Shown: piece by piece, positions 31,821 to 41,989 of the stretch
Layout: the number at the start of each line of letters is the position of its first letter
Position numbering within the stretch: the stretch's first letter is position 1
NCBI GenBank assembly: GCA_963810935.1
Contig: CAWEPK010000008.1
Location: 608,001-672,000 of the forward strand
From: an uncultured delta proteobacterium
GTDB lineage: Bacteria; Desulfobacterota; Syntrophorhabdia; Syntrophorhabdales; WCHB1-27
DNA length: 64,000 bases
Reading direction: 5' to 3'
Translations under genes and position numbers: made by a program
The notes under the pieces: model-generated
Told to the model about the DNA's origin: nothing
Seen by the model: the letters and a program-made list of their open reading frames with translations, nothing else
Databases searched by the model: none

Positions 31821-32519
31821 GTGGATGTCAACTGGTACGCAGCCTTTTCTGCCGGGCTCATCTCGTTCTTCAGCCCGTGCATTTTGCCCCTCGTCCCCTC
31901 GTTCCTGATCTATATCAGCGGCGCCACCATCCGCGATTGCAGCGACTTCCAGGATAAGTCGTTCCGCCGCAGCGTACTCCTCCATTCTGTTTTTTTCATT
32001 GCGGGCTTCTCACTCGTCTTCATAACGCTCGGCCTCTCATCTTCGATCCTGGGGAGCCTTTTCGCCGCGTACCAGAAGTGGATCATGGTGGTAGGCGGCA
32101 TCGTTCTGATCGTCATGGGCCTCAATATGCTCGGCCTGTTCAAGATACCTTTTTTGAACCGGGAAAAGACGGTGCATGTCGAAGGCAAGGCCGGGGGGTT
32201 TTTAGGCTCCGTCCTCGTGGGCGTGACATTTTCCCTTGGCTGGACGCCCTGCATAGGGCCCGTGCTCGCCTCCATACTGATTATCTCGGCTACCGGCAAG
32301 TCGGTCTGGGGCGGCTTCTATCTGCTCGGCCTCTATTCGCTCGGCCTCGCCATACCTTTTTTTCTAGCGGCTGTTTTTGTAGGACGGCTGATGAACTTCA
32401 TGCAGCGGTTCGGCCACATAGTACGCTATGCGTCGATGGCCCTCGGCGTCTTACTCATCGCCCTCGGCCTTTTGCTCGTCACCGGGTTTTTCTCTACGAT
32501 TACCAGGTTTTTCGGCTGA
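31821..32519 (+). CDS. ccdA: CcdA cytochrome c biogenesis/thiol-disulfide membrane protein
   Basis: SFFSPCILPLVP, GWTPCIGP, YSLGLAIPF. Confidence 0.92.
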   Translation: MDVNWYAAFSAGLISFFSPCILPLVPSFLIYISGATIRDCSDFQDKSFRRSVLLHSVFFIAGFSLVFITLGLSSSILGSLFAAYQKWIMVVGGIVLIVMGLNMLGLFKIPFLNREKTVHVEGKAGGFLGSVLVGVTFSLGWTPCIGPVLASILIISATGKSVWGGFYLLGLYSLGLAIPFFLAAVFVGRLMNFMQRFGHIVRYASMALGVLLIALGLLLVTGFFSTITRFFG

Positions 32520-32543
32520 CTCCGGCCCCACCCCAATAGAGCA

Positions 32544-33440
32544 CTATGGTTCTAGCTGGCGCAACTCCAATTCAAATCTGTCGCTGAACTTCTTCATCAC
32601 CCTGTGCTCTATCTGCCGCACCCTCTCCCTGGAGATGCGGAACCGCACCCCTATCTGCTGGAGGGTAAAAGGCTCTTCCGCCATGATCCGGTGGTTGAAA
32701 ATGAAAAGCTCTTTGTCGTTAAGCAGTGACCTGAACTCGGCCACTTTCTTTTCGAGGATCTCCCTTTTCTCCTTGGTGGCCACCTCTTCTTCTATATTCT
32801 CATCCGACTTTATCAGGTCGATAAAGGTTTCCTCGCCTTCGTCGTACAGGGGATACTCCAGGGAGACGTCCGTATAGGAGAGGCGTTTCTCCATGTCCTC
32901 GACTTCCGACACTTTGACGTCGAGGGTGTTGGCTATCAATTGGGGCGCCGGAAAGATGCCTTCCGACTCCAGCTTTTTCTTCTCCTTGTTGAGTCTGTAA
33001 AAGAGCTTCCTCTGCCCCTGCGTCGTACCTACCTTGACGATGCTCCACGAATCCATGATGTGCTTAAGTATATACGCCCTTATCCAGAATGAGGCGTACG
33101 TGGAAAAACGTGTGCCTTTGTAAGGGTTGTACTTCCGGACTGCGTGGACGAGGCCGACGTTGCCCTCCTGGATCAGGTCGAGGATGTTCAGATACGAGTT
33201 GTAATATTCGAGGGCTATTTTAACTACCAGCTTGAGGTTCGATACGACGAGCCGCTGCGACGATTCGGGGTCCTTGAAGCGGTGCGCCTTCTCGGCCACT
33301 TCCCGCTCCTCCTCGCGCGACAGGACCTGGTACCTCGATACCTCCGAAAGATACTTCTTCAGCGTATCGAAGGGCAGGACGGACTCTTCCTGCTCTTTTA
33401 CCGGACCCTTTCCGTCCTCGAGAAAAGTCTCTTGGAACAA
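32544..33440 (-). CDS. rpoH: RNA polymerase sigma-32 family factor
   Basis: DLIQEGNVGL, RFSTYA, RpoH box VGTTQGQRKLFYRL, SRERVRQIE. Confidence 0.88.
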   Translation of the reverse strand: MFQETFLEDGKGPVKEQEESVLPFDTLKKYLSEVSRYQVLSREEEREVAEKAHRFKDPESSQRLVVSNLKLVVKIALEYYNSYLNILDLIQEGNVGLVHAVRKYNPYKGTRFSTYASFWIRAYILKHIMDSWSIVKVGTTQGQRKLFYRLNKEKKKLESEGIFPAPQLIANTLDVKVSEVEDMEKRLSYTDVSLEYPLYDEGEETFIDLIKSDENIEEEVATKEKREILEKKVAEFRSLLNDKELFIFNHRIMAEEPFTLQQIGVRFRISRERVRQIEHRVMKKFSDRFELELRQLEP

Positions 33441-33445
33441 AAAGA

Positions 33446-34447
33446 TTACGCCCTTCTTTTTATTTGGATAAGCTCGGCAACGATGCTTACCGCGATCTCT
33501 TGCGGCGTCTCCGCCTGTATGCTAAGGCCGATAGGTGCGTGAACCGCTTCGAGCGCCGCTTCAGGTACGCCCTTCCGCTTCAAGTGGTCATAAATCATCT
33601 TCGTCTTTCGCCTGCTGCCGATCATGCCTATGTAACGTGTAGGCTTTTTCATTGCCTCTTCCAGCACAAGGGCGTCATGCTTATGGCCTCGTGTGAGTAT
33701 GGCGATGTACTCCCTGCCGCTGAATTGAAGCCGGTCGAATACACTCTGGAAGTTATCGACGATGACCTCCTGCGCCTCCGGGAACCTTTCCCGGTTTGCG
33801 AATTCTTCCCGGTCGTCTATGATGGTGACATCAAAATCGGCCAGCGCCGCAATCTTCGATACGAATTGCGAGACGTGACCTGCGCCGAACAGGTAAAGCG
33901 TCGGCGACGATATCACCGGCTCTATAATAAGCCCGTCAGCCACGACAGGCCCTTTCGCTCCGAGGTGCGACCCGACGTGTTCCTTCATCTCCTCCGTCAG
34001 ATCATCCCCGCTTATCAAACCGACCTGTCCAAGCAGGCTTTTCGAGAACGAATCGCTCGTGAACCTTGTTATAATGAAAGCATCCTTGCCCGTCTTTTCA
34101 AGGTCCCTTATCCCGGTATAGAGGTTTTTATAGCGGGGAAGGGCCGGCTCTAAAAAGATATCGACGTTCCCGCCGCATATCATCCCGTCGTCCTCGACGA
34201 GACCGCCGTCCAGCCTGTAGCTCAGCATCCTGGGCTTTTGCGTCTTCGTAACGTTTCTGGCGGCCGTCCAGATCTCTGCCTCAACGCAGCCGCCGCCGAT
34301 GGTGCCGAAGATTCGGCCGTCGTCGCCGATGAACATCTTGGCGCCCTCGTCCCTGGGGGCCGCCCCCAGCTTCTTCACGATCGTGGCGATCGTCCCGCTT
34401 TGTCCTCTGGACAAGTAATCCTCAACAGCCTCATAAACGTCCATCAT
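33446..34447 (-). CDS. xdhC: XdhC/CoxI family Moco-insertion chaperone
   Basis: GTIGGGCVE, MICGG, FGAGHV, YIGMIGS, PIGL..AETPQEIA. Confidence 0.9.
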   Translation of the reverse strand: MMDVYEAVEDYLSRGQSGTIATIVKKLGAAPRDEGAKMFIGDDGRIFGTIGGGCVEAEIWTAARNVTKTQKPRMLSYRLDGGLVEDDGMICGGNVDIFLEPALPRYKNLYTGIRDLEKTGKDAFIITRFTSDSFSKSLLGQVGLISGDDLTEEMKEHVGSHLGAKGPVVADGLIIEPVISSPTLYLFGAGHVSQFVSKIAALADFDVTIIDDREEFANRERFPEAQEVIVDNFQSVFDRLQFSGREYIAILTRGHKHDALVLEEAMKKPTRYIGMIGSRRKTKMIYDHLKRKGVPEAALEAVHAPIGLSIQAETPQEIAVSIVAELIQIKRRA

Positions 34448-34451
34448 CGCC

Positions 34452-35267
34452 TCACTTCGAATGGTTAAAACGATGCATTATCGCTTCCACCACCCCACCC
34501 GCTATCGCCCGGGCCTTCTCCGATATAGTGAAACACTGCCGTCTTTCACCGCGCGCGTCGATATCGCCGACCTTTTCTTTGTCCCATACCCTAATGGGCC
34601 TGATAAGGCCGCGAACCATGCCGTCAATGGAGGCGGCAACAGGTACTTCATCCACATAGAGAATCACGTCGCCCTTCTTCACGCTGTCCCCTATCGATTT
34701 AATGGGCTTCACCAGCCCCGCGCGCGGCGCGCGAAGCACCCTTTCAGCGGCGAACCCGCCGATTGCGCCGGGCACGCCCGTGAAGGGCTCAGCCTCGCCC
34801 CCCCAGATTACCCTGCCCATGTCGTGTCCCCTGTTGCTCTCTACGACTGCGTCCACCCCATCGGGCGCCCTGAAGCCGGGACCGACCCCGATGACGAGCC
34901 TGCCGGGCAGTGCTTTTTCCTTCAGCGGCGGCTTCGCCTTCTTCATCATCGTCGCGTCTATCAGCACATCATAGTCAAAACCTGTTAAGAACGCGGCCGC
35001 TTCATCGACCAGCACCGCTATCGCTTTCCTATCCCAGACAGCGGCGACATCCGATAAATCGTCGATGTGCTCCGCCCTCACGCCCTCAACCGTCATGGAA
35101 CCTTCCCAGACGGCCTCGCAGAAGGCGACCCCCCTGCGCACGGCAAGCGGCTCAGGCGCCTCCGACATCAAAATGGATGTGAAGCCGCATGTGAAAAGCC
35201 TGTGGGCGATGCCTGTAGCCATCTCGCCCGCTCCCATGATCGCTATCTTCAGATTTTTCGTCTTAAG
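34452..35267 (-). CDS. yqeB: YqeB selenium-dependent molybdenum hydroxylase system protein
   Basis: GAGEMATG, AVRRGVAF, VESNRGHDMG, KVGDID, ISEKARAIAGG; start codon unclear. Confidence 0.88.
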   Translation of the reverse strand, partial: LKTKNLKIAIMGAGEMATGIAHRLFTCGFTSILMSEAPEPLAVRRGVAFCEAVWEGSMTVEGVRAEHIDDLSDVAAVWDRKAIAVLVDEAAAFLTGFDYDVLIDATMMKKAKPPLKEKALPGRLVIGVGPGFRAPDGVDAVVESNRGHDMGRVIWGGEAEPFTGVPGAIGGFAAERVLRAPRAGLVKPIKSIGDSVKKGDVILYVDEVPVAASIDGMVRGLIRPIRVWDKEKVGDIDARGERRQCFTISEKARAIAGGVVEAIMHRFNHSK

Positions 35268-36279
35268 CCCCCCTTCCGAAATAACAGTTCGGGAAGTGAC
35301 ATTGGGCGCAGTGCACGCAAAGCCCGCCCGCAGCAAGCGAGCGCACTGAAGCGGCGGTCATTTTCATGCCTGCCATTATCCTGGGCAGCACTATATCGAG
35401 CATCGTGTTCGTCGCGAAATAGACGCACGCTGGCGCCCCCAGTATATAACGGCCACGGAGACGAGCAACGAGGAACATCGCACCCGGAAATACCGGCGCG
35501 CCGTAAGAGATGATCCGCGCACCCGTCGCCTCGACCCCTTCTTTTGTAAGGTCGTCCGGGTCCACGGACAGGCCGCTCGTCGTTATCACGATGTCGGCGC
35601 CTATCCGGAAAAGCTCCTGTATGGCATCCCGTATCAGGCCGACCTCGTCACTGACCACTTTTTTCCCGGCTATCGTAAGGCCGTATCCCCTTAGTTTCTT
35701 CTCGACGCGGGGCGACGCGTCCGTTATCCTACCGGTCGCCACCTCCGTACCCGTCACCACGAGCCCTGCCTTCATCGGAGCAAAAGGCAATACCCTGACC
35801 GGACCTTTTCGCGCCGCTTCCTCCGCTTTCTTCAGGCGGTTTTCGGCGATATAGAGTGGCACGATCCTAGTGGCCGCAACGACGTCTCCCGCCTTCACCG
35901 GGTATTTATCGGGAAGCGTCGTAAAAACGACGTGCTCGATGCTGTTCAGCTCAATGAGGCGGGCCCGGTTGACGTTAAGCAGGCCGTCGACCCTGCTCCT
36001 GATATTGAACCGCCCCTCCTTGGCAGGGACGATCTCCATGGTTTCATCGATGGCGGCCGTTGCTATGCGCTTTCCCGCCTCGTCCTCATGGACCTCCCGC
36101 TCTTTGCCGTCGGTCACGAAGATGTGCCCCTTCCCCATATCGAGGAGCTTCTCCACGTCGGACTTCTTTATGATCCGGCCGCGCCTGAACGTCGCATCTT
36201 TCATCTTGCCTGGAACGATCTCAGTAATGTCGTGGGCGAGTACCAGCCCCACCGCTTCTTCGACTTTAACCTTTTTCAA
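35263..36279 (-). CDS. Molybdopterin-binding (MoeA/CinA-like domain) protein
   Basis: LAHDITEI, VHEDEAG, SGLSVDPDDLT, C-terminal CxxCxxC..C. Confidence 0.85.
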   Translation of the reverse strand: MKKVKVEEAVGLVLAHDITEIVPGKMKDATFRRGRIIKKSDVEKLLDMGKGHIFVTDGKEREVHEDEAGKRIATAAIDETMEIVPAKEGRFNIRSRVDGLLNVNRARLIELNSIEHVVFTTLPDKYPVKAGDVVAATRIVPLYIAENRLKKAEEAARKGPVRVLPFAPMKAGLVVTGTEVATGRITDASPRVEKKLRGYGLTIAGKKVVSDEVGLIRDAIQELFRIGADIVITTSGLSVDPDDLTKEGVEATGARIISYGAPVFPGAMFLVARLRGRYILGAPACVYFATNTMLDIVLPRIMAGMKMTAASVRSLAAGGLCVHCAQCHFPNCYFGRGA

Positions 36280-36907
36280 CCCTGTAGCCCCTCCTCCTCA
36301 AAAGATCTATATCCTCCTGCGTGTCCAGGTCCAGCACGCTGCCTTCACCGCCCTCCACGAAGAGCGCCTCTTTGCCCGCCGCTGAGACCATATCGCGCAG
36401 ACCCCATTCACCCTCTATCGCCCTCATCGCCTCCAGGTGCCTTTTCACGTCTACCAGCACAGGATGGCCCTTTACGCCCTCGTGCCCGGCTACTATGATC
36501 GAGCCGCCCCCTGACGCGTATGCTTCCAATACCCGGTCGATAGTCTCCGGCAAAAGCAACGGCTTGTCGCCCAGGTGGAGCATCGCGAGGTCAAACGCCT
36601 CGATCACGGGCAGGGCCGCCCTGATAGTGGCCGACATGCCTTCCTGGTGGCGTTCATTATGGACGAACGTGACCGGCAGTCCCGAAAGCTCGTTCTCGAT
36701 CCTTTCCGCCTCGAAGCCTGTCACTACAACAATTTCGTCCACTGCCGCCGTAAAAAGACCTACGGTCTTTTTCACAACGGCTTCTCCGTTCACCCGCACG
36801 CACAACTTATTAAAGCCGAGTCTCTTTGACGAGCCTGCGGCCAGGACAACGGCGACTATTCGCTTTATCGATTGGTCAGGAAAGGTATGGCTGCGGAAGG
36901 CGTTCAT
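36266..36907 (-). CDS. MocA/YgfJ-like molybdenum cofactor nucleotidyltransferase
   Basis: LAAGSSKRLG, LGDKP, GHPV, DLDTQED. Confidence 0.87.
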   Translation of the reverse strand: MNAFRSHTFPDQSIKRIVAVVLAAGSSKRLGFNKLCVRVNGEAVVKKTVGLFTAAVDEIVVVTGFEAERIENELSGLPVTFVHNERHQEGMSATIRAALPVIEAFDLAMLHLGDKPLLLPETIDRVLEAYASGGGSIIVAGHEGVKGHPVLVDVKRHLEAMRAIEGEWGLRDMVSAAGKEALFVEGGEGSVLDLDTQEDIDLLRRRGYRVEKG

Positions 36908-36938
36908 CTCTGGTTGGGGTTGAGCGACCTCGGGTCCG

Positions 36939-37166
36939 TTAATCCGAGCGCGCGCCTTTGGCTGCGCCCGCGTCCGGCCCGATCTGGCGGTTCAGGTCTG
37001 TTATCAGCGCTTCCACGTCTATCCCGTGGACCTCGGCCCCCTGCTCGATGCTTTCGAATAATGCCGCCTGGCAGCCGACGCAGCCGAGCCCGTGCCTCTC
37101 GAAGATCGACACGGTCTCCGGGTACTTCCTAACCACTTCTTCGATGGACATCTTCCTGTTTATCAT
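36939..37166 (-). CDS. DUF1858 small protein
   Basis: MSIEEVV..YPET..GLGCVGC..ESIEQGA.VHGID. Confidence 0.85.
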   Translation of the reverse strand: MINRKMSIEEVVRKYPETVSIFERHGLGCVGCQAALFESIEQGAEVHGIDVEALITDLNRQIGPDAGAAKGARSD

Positions 37167-37211
37167 ACCTGCTCCCCGTCCGCTATAACCCCGGCCCCAC
37201 CCGCCGTATAA

Positions 37212-37773
37212 TTAAAACACATCCGCGGAGAAGATGTATATAGCCGTTCCCTTCGACTGCCATGCGTTCGGCGGCAGTCCGGCTTTCAGGCACGTATGCT
37301 TCAGGAACGTCTCCCTGTCCCAGCCGTTCTCCGTCGCGACCTGGGGAAGCAAAAGCCCCGAACCCGAGTCGCCCTGGATATAAATGCCGTGGACGCCCAC
37401 TTCTATCTCGCCCACGTCGCTTATCTTCTTCATCGGCGTCAGGACCGATATCTCGATATCCGTCTGCCGCCATTCGTCAACGTTTAGAGGCATGAAGCGG
37501 GGGTCGTGGAACGCCGCCTCGACCGCCATCCGTTTAACCGTCTCGTCGAGGGGTGCGTAAGCCTTTAGGTAGCCGATGCAGCCCTTCAGCTCGCCCTTGG
37601 TCTTCAGGCAGACAAAGGCCCCCATCTTCTTTTTGAGGGTCTTCGGGACGTCGGGCGCCTCCTCCTGCCTGCCGAGAAGCACGTCTTCAATGGAGTCTCC
37701 GTGCAAGGTCCTTCAGTATCCGCCTCTCCTCGTCGGAGAAATGAAGGTCGGTCCCTGCCTTACGGTCCGCCAC
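37212..37773 (-). CDS. AmmeMemoRadiSam system protein A (apparent frameshift near 37700)
   Basis: GAFVCL..GELKGCIG, AAFHDPRF, LLLPQVATE, KAGL; N-terminus ...ERRILKDLAR is in another frame. Confidence 0.88.
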
Positions 37774-37776
37774 TTC

Positions 37777-38617
37777 CTATTTCCCTCCATAGAACGCACA
37801 CGAAACGTAGCCGACGACGCCGCTCATGTCACCCGTTACGTCCCCGGAATTCGCATAGTTAAGCACCTTTGCGCTGGACGCGCCCAGGCCCTGGCATACG
37901 ACCATGGAGGCCAGTATCGCGCCTGCGCCGCATGCCTCGTATTTCTCATGCGTCACGCCCTCGGCCAGCCCCTTGAGGTCGAACCGCTCGATCATCTCTA
38001 TCCCCGCCTTGTCGAGCGTTACAGCTATCCCATAGGCATAGTAATGGGAAAGGTCCGTGCTCCCTATTACTAGGTATTCCCCTTCCCTGCCCTTGATCGT
38101 CTCGCAAATCGAGCTCTCCGAGCTCCATGGAGCCGTACGGGTCCTGGGCGGACCCCATGATGAGGGGCACTATCCTGAAGCCTTGGGGGAGGACGGTCTG
38201 GAGGAAAGGTATCTGGACCTCTATGGAGTGCTCGCCACGGTGCATCTTGGCATCTGCGTGGACCAGGTCGCCCGCTTTAACGAGCGCGTCCGCGAGGTCC
38301 TCGTCGATGTCCACCAGGCCGAGGGGCGTCTTATAGGCCCCCGTATCCTGCACGGCTGCGCCTATAAAGAATGAGCGGTGGCTCGGCGCGAGGATGATGA
38401 CCGTATCGTAACGGCGCCCGGCAACGGCCTTGTAGCCGTAAGCCGCCGTCGGACCGGAGTACATATATCCCGCGTGCGGAGATAAAAGCCCCCGGATATC
38501 TCCCGGTATATCCGCCGGGCGGACCTTGCTCAGATACGTCTCGATATCGGATTTCAACACGTCGGGGTTGCGGGGATAAAACGTGCCGGCGACTGAAGGC
38601 TCTCTGATCTCACCCAT
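37777..38617 (-). CDS. AmmeMemoRadiSam system protein B (MEMO1 family; apparent frameshift near 38110)
   Basis: VAGTFYP, PHAGYMYSG, EHSIEVQ, then CG..YANSGD..VVGY in a second frame. Confidence 0.88.
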
Positions 38618-38789
38618 TCTAAGCGTACCGTCCTTTGGCTTATTATAACATAATTATAAATTAACTCAGGTAGAAGAAATTGCGCGGTATGCTTCGCGGT
38701 TATGTGGTAGGCTACCGGCAGGGCAAAGGTATGTCAGGCGACGCATTGCACAGGCTTGAGGAAGTATCCGGCAGGGGCGCCGGGACGGC

Positions 38790-41063
38790 TTGTTCGTAGC
38801 CGCAGTCCTCGCCTTTTGCGGAGGCATCTACCTGGAGGCGCTTTACGGCGCACGCCTGGCGCTCATTCTTACGGCCGCCATTATATCGATGGCGATCCTG
38901 CCGTTTGCGCTAAAATCCGCTAAGATATTCGCCCTCCTGCTCCTGGCCGGCTTCATGTTCTGCGGCGGAGCGCGGCTCGCCTTTATCGACGCACGACAAG
39001 GGGCGCCTGACGAGAACGGAGACAAACAGGTCTACGAGGGCACTGTTGTGGAAAGCTCTTCCCGCCTCAAGGTGCTCGCCCTTACCGGTCCCGACCGCCT
39101 GGCAGGGATGCGCGTAGTATTTTTCTCCGGCGTCGACCTCCCCCTCTCCCAGAACGTCAGGGTTTTCGGGACGATCAGGGCCATCGTGCCCGGTTTTCAA
39201 AACCCCGGCAGCCTCTCCTGGAAATGGGTAAAGCGGTTCGAAGGGATCTCTTACGAAGTTAAAGGCAACCTGCTCTCATCGGCGCCGGGCAGGGACCCCG
39301 TTGCATCGCTCCGGCGCTACTTCAAGGAAAACATAGAGAGATCGGGAGCGCAGAGCACCGAAATACTCAAGGCGCTGACCATAGGCGACAGGACCGCCGT
39401 CACAACTGCGCAGAATGAATTATTCCTCCACACGGGCACGTCGCATATCCTCGCCATCTCGGGCTTCAATGTAGGCATCATATCGGGATTTTTCTTTTTC
39501 CTCGCAAGGGCGGGCTTCCGGCTGATAAGACGCTTCCGCATGTCCGGGAGGGACCGGAGATATGCCGCCCTAATCACGATACCCTTCCCCTTCGTTTTCA
39601 TGCTCGTGGCAGGCGCCGGTGTTTCCGTGATCCGGGCGGCGATCATGATCGCAGTCTTCATGCTCGCCGTCTTCATGGAGCGCGAAAAGGACTTTTACAA
39701 TACCGCGGCCCTGGCTGCCCTCGTCATTCTGCTCGTTTACCCCCATTCGCTCATGACGCCCTCCTTCCAGCTTACCTTCCTGAGCCTTCTCTTTATCGTT
39801 ATGGTCATGCGAAGGCTTATGCCGTTCCTGGTCCGTATAAAGAACAGGGTCGCCCTCTGGTCCCTCTCGACCGTCCTATCTACGGCGGCCGCCACGCTCG
39901 GCACGGCCCCGATAGTGCTCTACTATTTTTATGGGATCAACCCATTCTCCATACTGCACAACCTCGTGACGGTACCGCTCATGGGCGTTTGCGCCACCGT
40001 GCTCGGCCTCGTCGGCATGATTACGCCATACGGATGGCCCCTGCTCCTTCCGGCAGGGAAGATCGCCGGGATAAACCTTGCCCTGCTTCACCGGCTCGAT
40101 TTCGGATACCTTTACCCGCTTATAAGACCCACGCTTTCGGAGATGGCCCTTTATTACGCGATCCTCATCGCCCTCATCCATCTGCATAAACGGTTCGTGC
40201 CCGCTCTCCTTCTCTGCGTCCTGGTCCCCCTATCGGCCCTCCAGGCTTACGCGGACTATCGGGAGCGGTTCAACACCGACCTCGGCATCTTCTTTATCGA
40301 CGTAGGCCAGGGGAATGCAGCGCTGATAGAAGGACCGGGGGGCTTCAGGGCCTTAGTCGACGGCGGCGGCTTCCCCGATTCCGATTTCGATATGGGCAGG
40401 CAGGTGATAACACCCTTTCTGCTTTACCGGAAGATACGGACCGTCGATTACGTCATCAATACGCACCCGCACGCGGACCACATAGGCGGACTTGCGTACG
40501 TGATGCGCAATTTCAATGTCTCCCGGCTCGTCGCGGGCGGCCTTTATCCCCTGGAGCGGAAATCGCGCGATCTGATCGAGGCCGCTCGTTCCAGGGGAGT
40601 GCAGTGCCTTGTATGGAAAAAGGGAGACGCCATAACGACCGGCGCTTTTACGATAGACGTGCTCCATCCGGACGGCCCCGTCTTATGGGACGACCCGAAT
40701 AACAGCGCCCTGGTGCTGAAAATCCGTTACGGGCAGACCTCGTTCCTGCTGCCCGCAGATATAGGAAGCGACGTGGAGAAATGGATGGTGGCGTCCGGCC
40801 TCCCCTTAAGGTCCGACGTCCTGGAGGTCCCGCATCACGGCAGCGCCAATTCGAGCAGCTTTGCGTTCATTGCCGCAGTCAGGCCGACGCTCGCAGTAGT
40901 CAGCGCCCGCCCCGGCCGGATACTCCGCCTGCCGAGCCCTGCGGCGCTCAGCCGGTACAAGGCCCTTTCGATACCCGTCTTGCAGACGGACATGCAGGGC
41001 TGCGTCGAGGTCCGTACCGACGGCCGCCGCATCACGTGGCGGACGTACGGGGAGAAATGGTAA
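38790..41063 (+). CDS. comEC: DNA internalization competence protein ComEC/Rec2
   Basis: HILAISGFNV, SFQL, DVGQG, THPHADH, PHHGS. Confidence 0.93.
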   Translation: MFVAAVLAFCGGIYLEALYGARLALILTAAIISMAILPFALKSAKIFALLLLAGFMFCGGARLAFIDARQGAPDENGDKQVYEGTVVESSSRLKVLALTGPDRLAGMRVVFFSGVDLPLSQNVRVFGTIRAIVPGFQNPGSLSWKWVKRFEGISYEVKGNLLSSAPGRDPVASLRRYFKENIERSGAQSTEILKALTIGDRTAVTTAQNELFLHTGTSHILAISGFNVGIISGFFFFLARAGFRLIRRFRMSGRDRRYAALITIPFPFVFMLVAGAGVSVIRAAIMIAVFMLAVFMEREKDFYNTAALAALVILLVYPHSLMTPSFQLTFLSLLFIVMVMRRLMPFLVRIKNRVALWSLSTVLSTAAATLGTAPIVLYYFYGINPFSILHNLVTVPLMGVCATVLGLVGMITPYGWPLLLPAGKIAGINLALLHRLDFGYLYPLIRPTLSEMALYYAILIALIHLHKRFVPALLLCVLVPLSALQAYADYRERFNTDLGIFFIDVGQGNAALIEGPGGFRALVDGGGFPDSDFDMGRQVITPFLLYRKIRTVDYVINTHPHADHIGGLAYVMRNFNVSRLVAGGLYPLERKSRDLIEAARSRGVQCLVWKKGDAITTGAFTIDVLHPDGPVLWDDPNNSALVLKIRYGQTSFLLPADIGSDVEKWMVASGLPLRSDVLEVPHHGSANSSSFAFIAAVRPTLAVVSARPGRILRLPSPAALSRYKALSIPVLQTDMQGCVEVRTDGRRITWRTYGEKW

Positions 41064-41287
41064 AGGCGGAAGAGTACGACAGAGGCAAGAGAAAAGAGGC
41101 GCACCCCACGGGCTAAACGGGATCTATGTCCCAACGGTCTCTCGGACCGTGCCGTTCATGACGGCTGGTGGTCACCCGAAGGCGCCACAATTGCCTTTGA
41201 TGTGGGGTGCCGCCTGGATATGAATTTACATCCAGGCATTGAAATTTGCAAGGGATAATCTTGTCGCGAGCGCCGCAGCACCCGTCT

Positions 41288-41989
41288 CTATAGCGGCTTG
41301 TTCACGAAGACTATGGACGGGGTAACCAGGACACTTTCGAACCTGGACTCCCTTTCCGACTTGCCCCCGAATTTCTTCTTTGTCACGTTGGAGGCGGCCT
41401 GCTCGTCCACGAGCTGCTTGATAAAGCCTACCATGCCGTAGTTATGGCCCCGCTCCGGGACCTTCAGCTTCAGTTTGGGCGCCAGCCACGAGCGGAAGAA
41501 ACCTCGCTTCGAATATGAGCCGAGGTCCAACTCCCGGCCGTCCGGCCAGTCGTCCAGGTAGCCCGTGCACCAATCCTCGATAGCGTAGACCCCGCCCGGC
41601 TTCAGGTGGTTGTCAAACAAATGCCAGAAGGCCGTCTTCGTCAGCTCCCCCAGGTGGGAGGCGTCATCGATAATGATGTCAAACCCTTCCGGGGCAGTCT
41701 CCTCGGCAACCCGCGTCAAAAACGCCGGGTCCGCCTGGCTGCCCTCATAGACCCGGATGCGCTCCTCCGGATTAAACCCAGCCGGCAGGCGGATATCGAT
41801 GCCCACTATCTGCCCTTTCAAGAAGTAATCCCGCCACAGCAGCAGAGACGCCCCCTTTTGGACCCCCAGCTCGAGCAAGACGATCTCCTTTCCGACCCAG
41901 GGCGCAAAAACCTTATCATATGGCCCAAGCAGCCCGCCGCCTATCTTGTCCGAATCATACAGTTTAAGGTCCAACTCCGCGCTTCGCAT
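41288..41989 (-). CDS. Class I SAM-dependent methyltransferase (MycE-like motifs)
   Basis: LELGVQKGASL, GIDI, FDIIIDDASH, GGVYAIED. Confidence 0.85.
   Translation of the reverse strand: MRSAELDLKLYDSDKIGGGLLGPYDKVFAPWVGKEIVLLELGVQKGASLLLWRDYFLKGQIVGIDIRLPAGFNPEERIRVYEGSQADPAFLTRVAEETAPEGFDIIIDDASHLGELTKTAFWHLFDNHLKPGGVYAIEDWCTGYLDDWPDGRELDLGSYSKRGFFRSWLAPKLKLKVPERGHNYGMVGFIKQLVDEQAASNVTKKKFGGKSERESRFESVLVTPSIVFVNKPL

Noticed and set aside
38641..38670. AT-rich TTATGTTATAA resembling a dif XerD arm
   Set aside because: No XerC-like arm; better explained as an extended -10 promoter.
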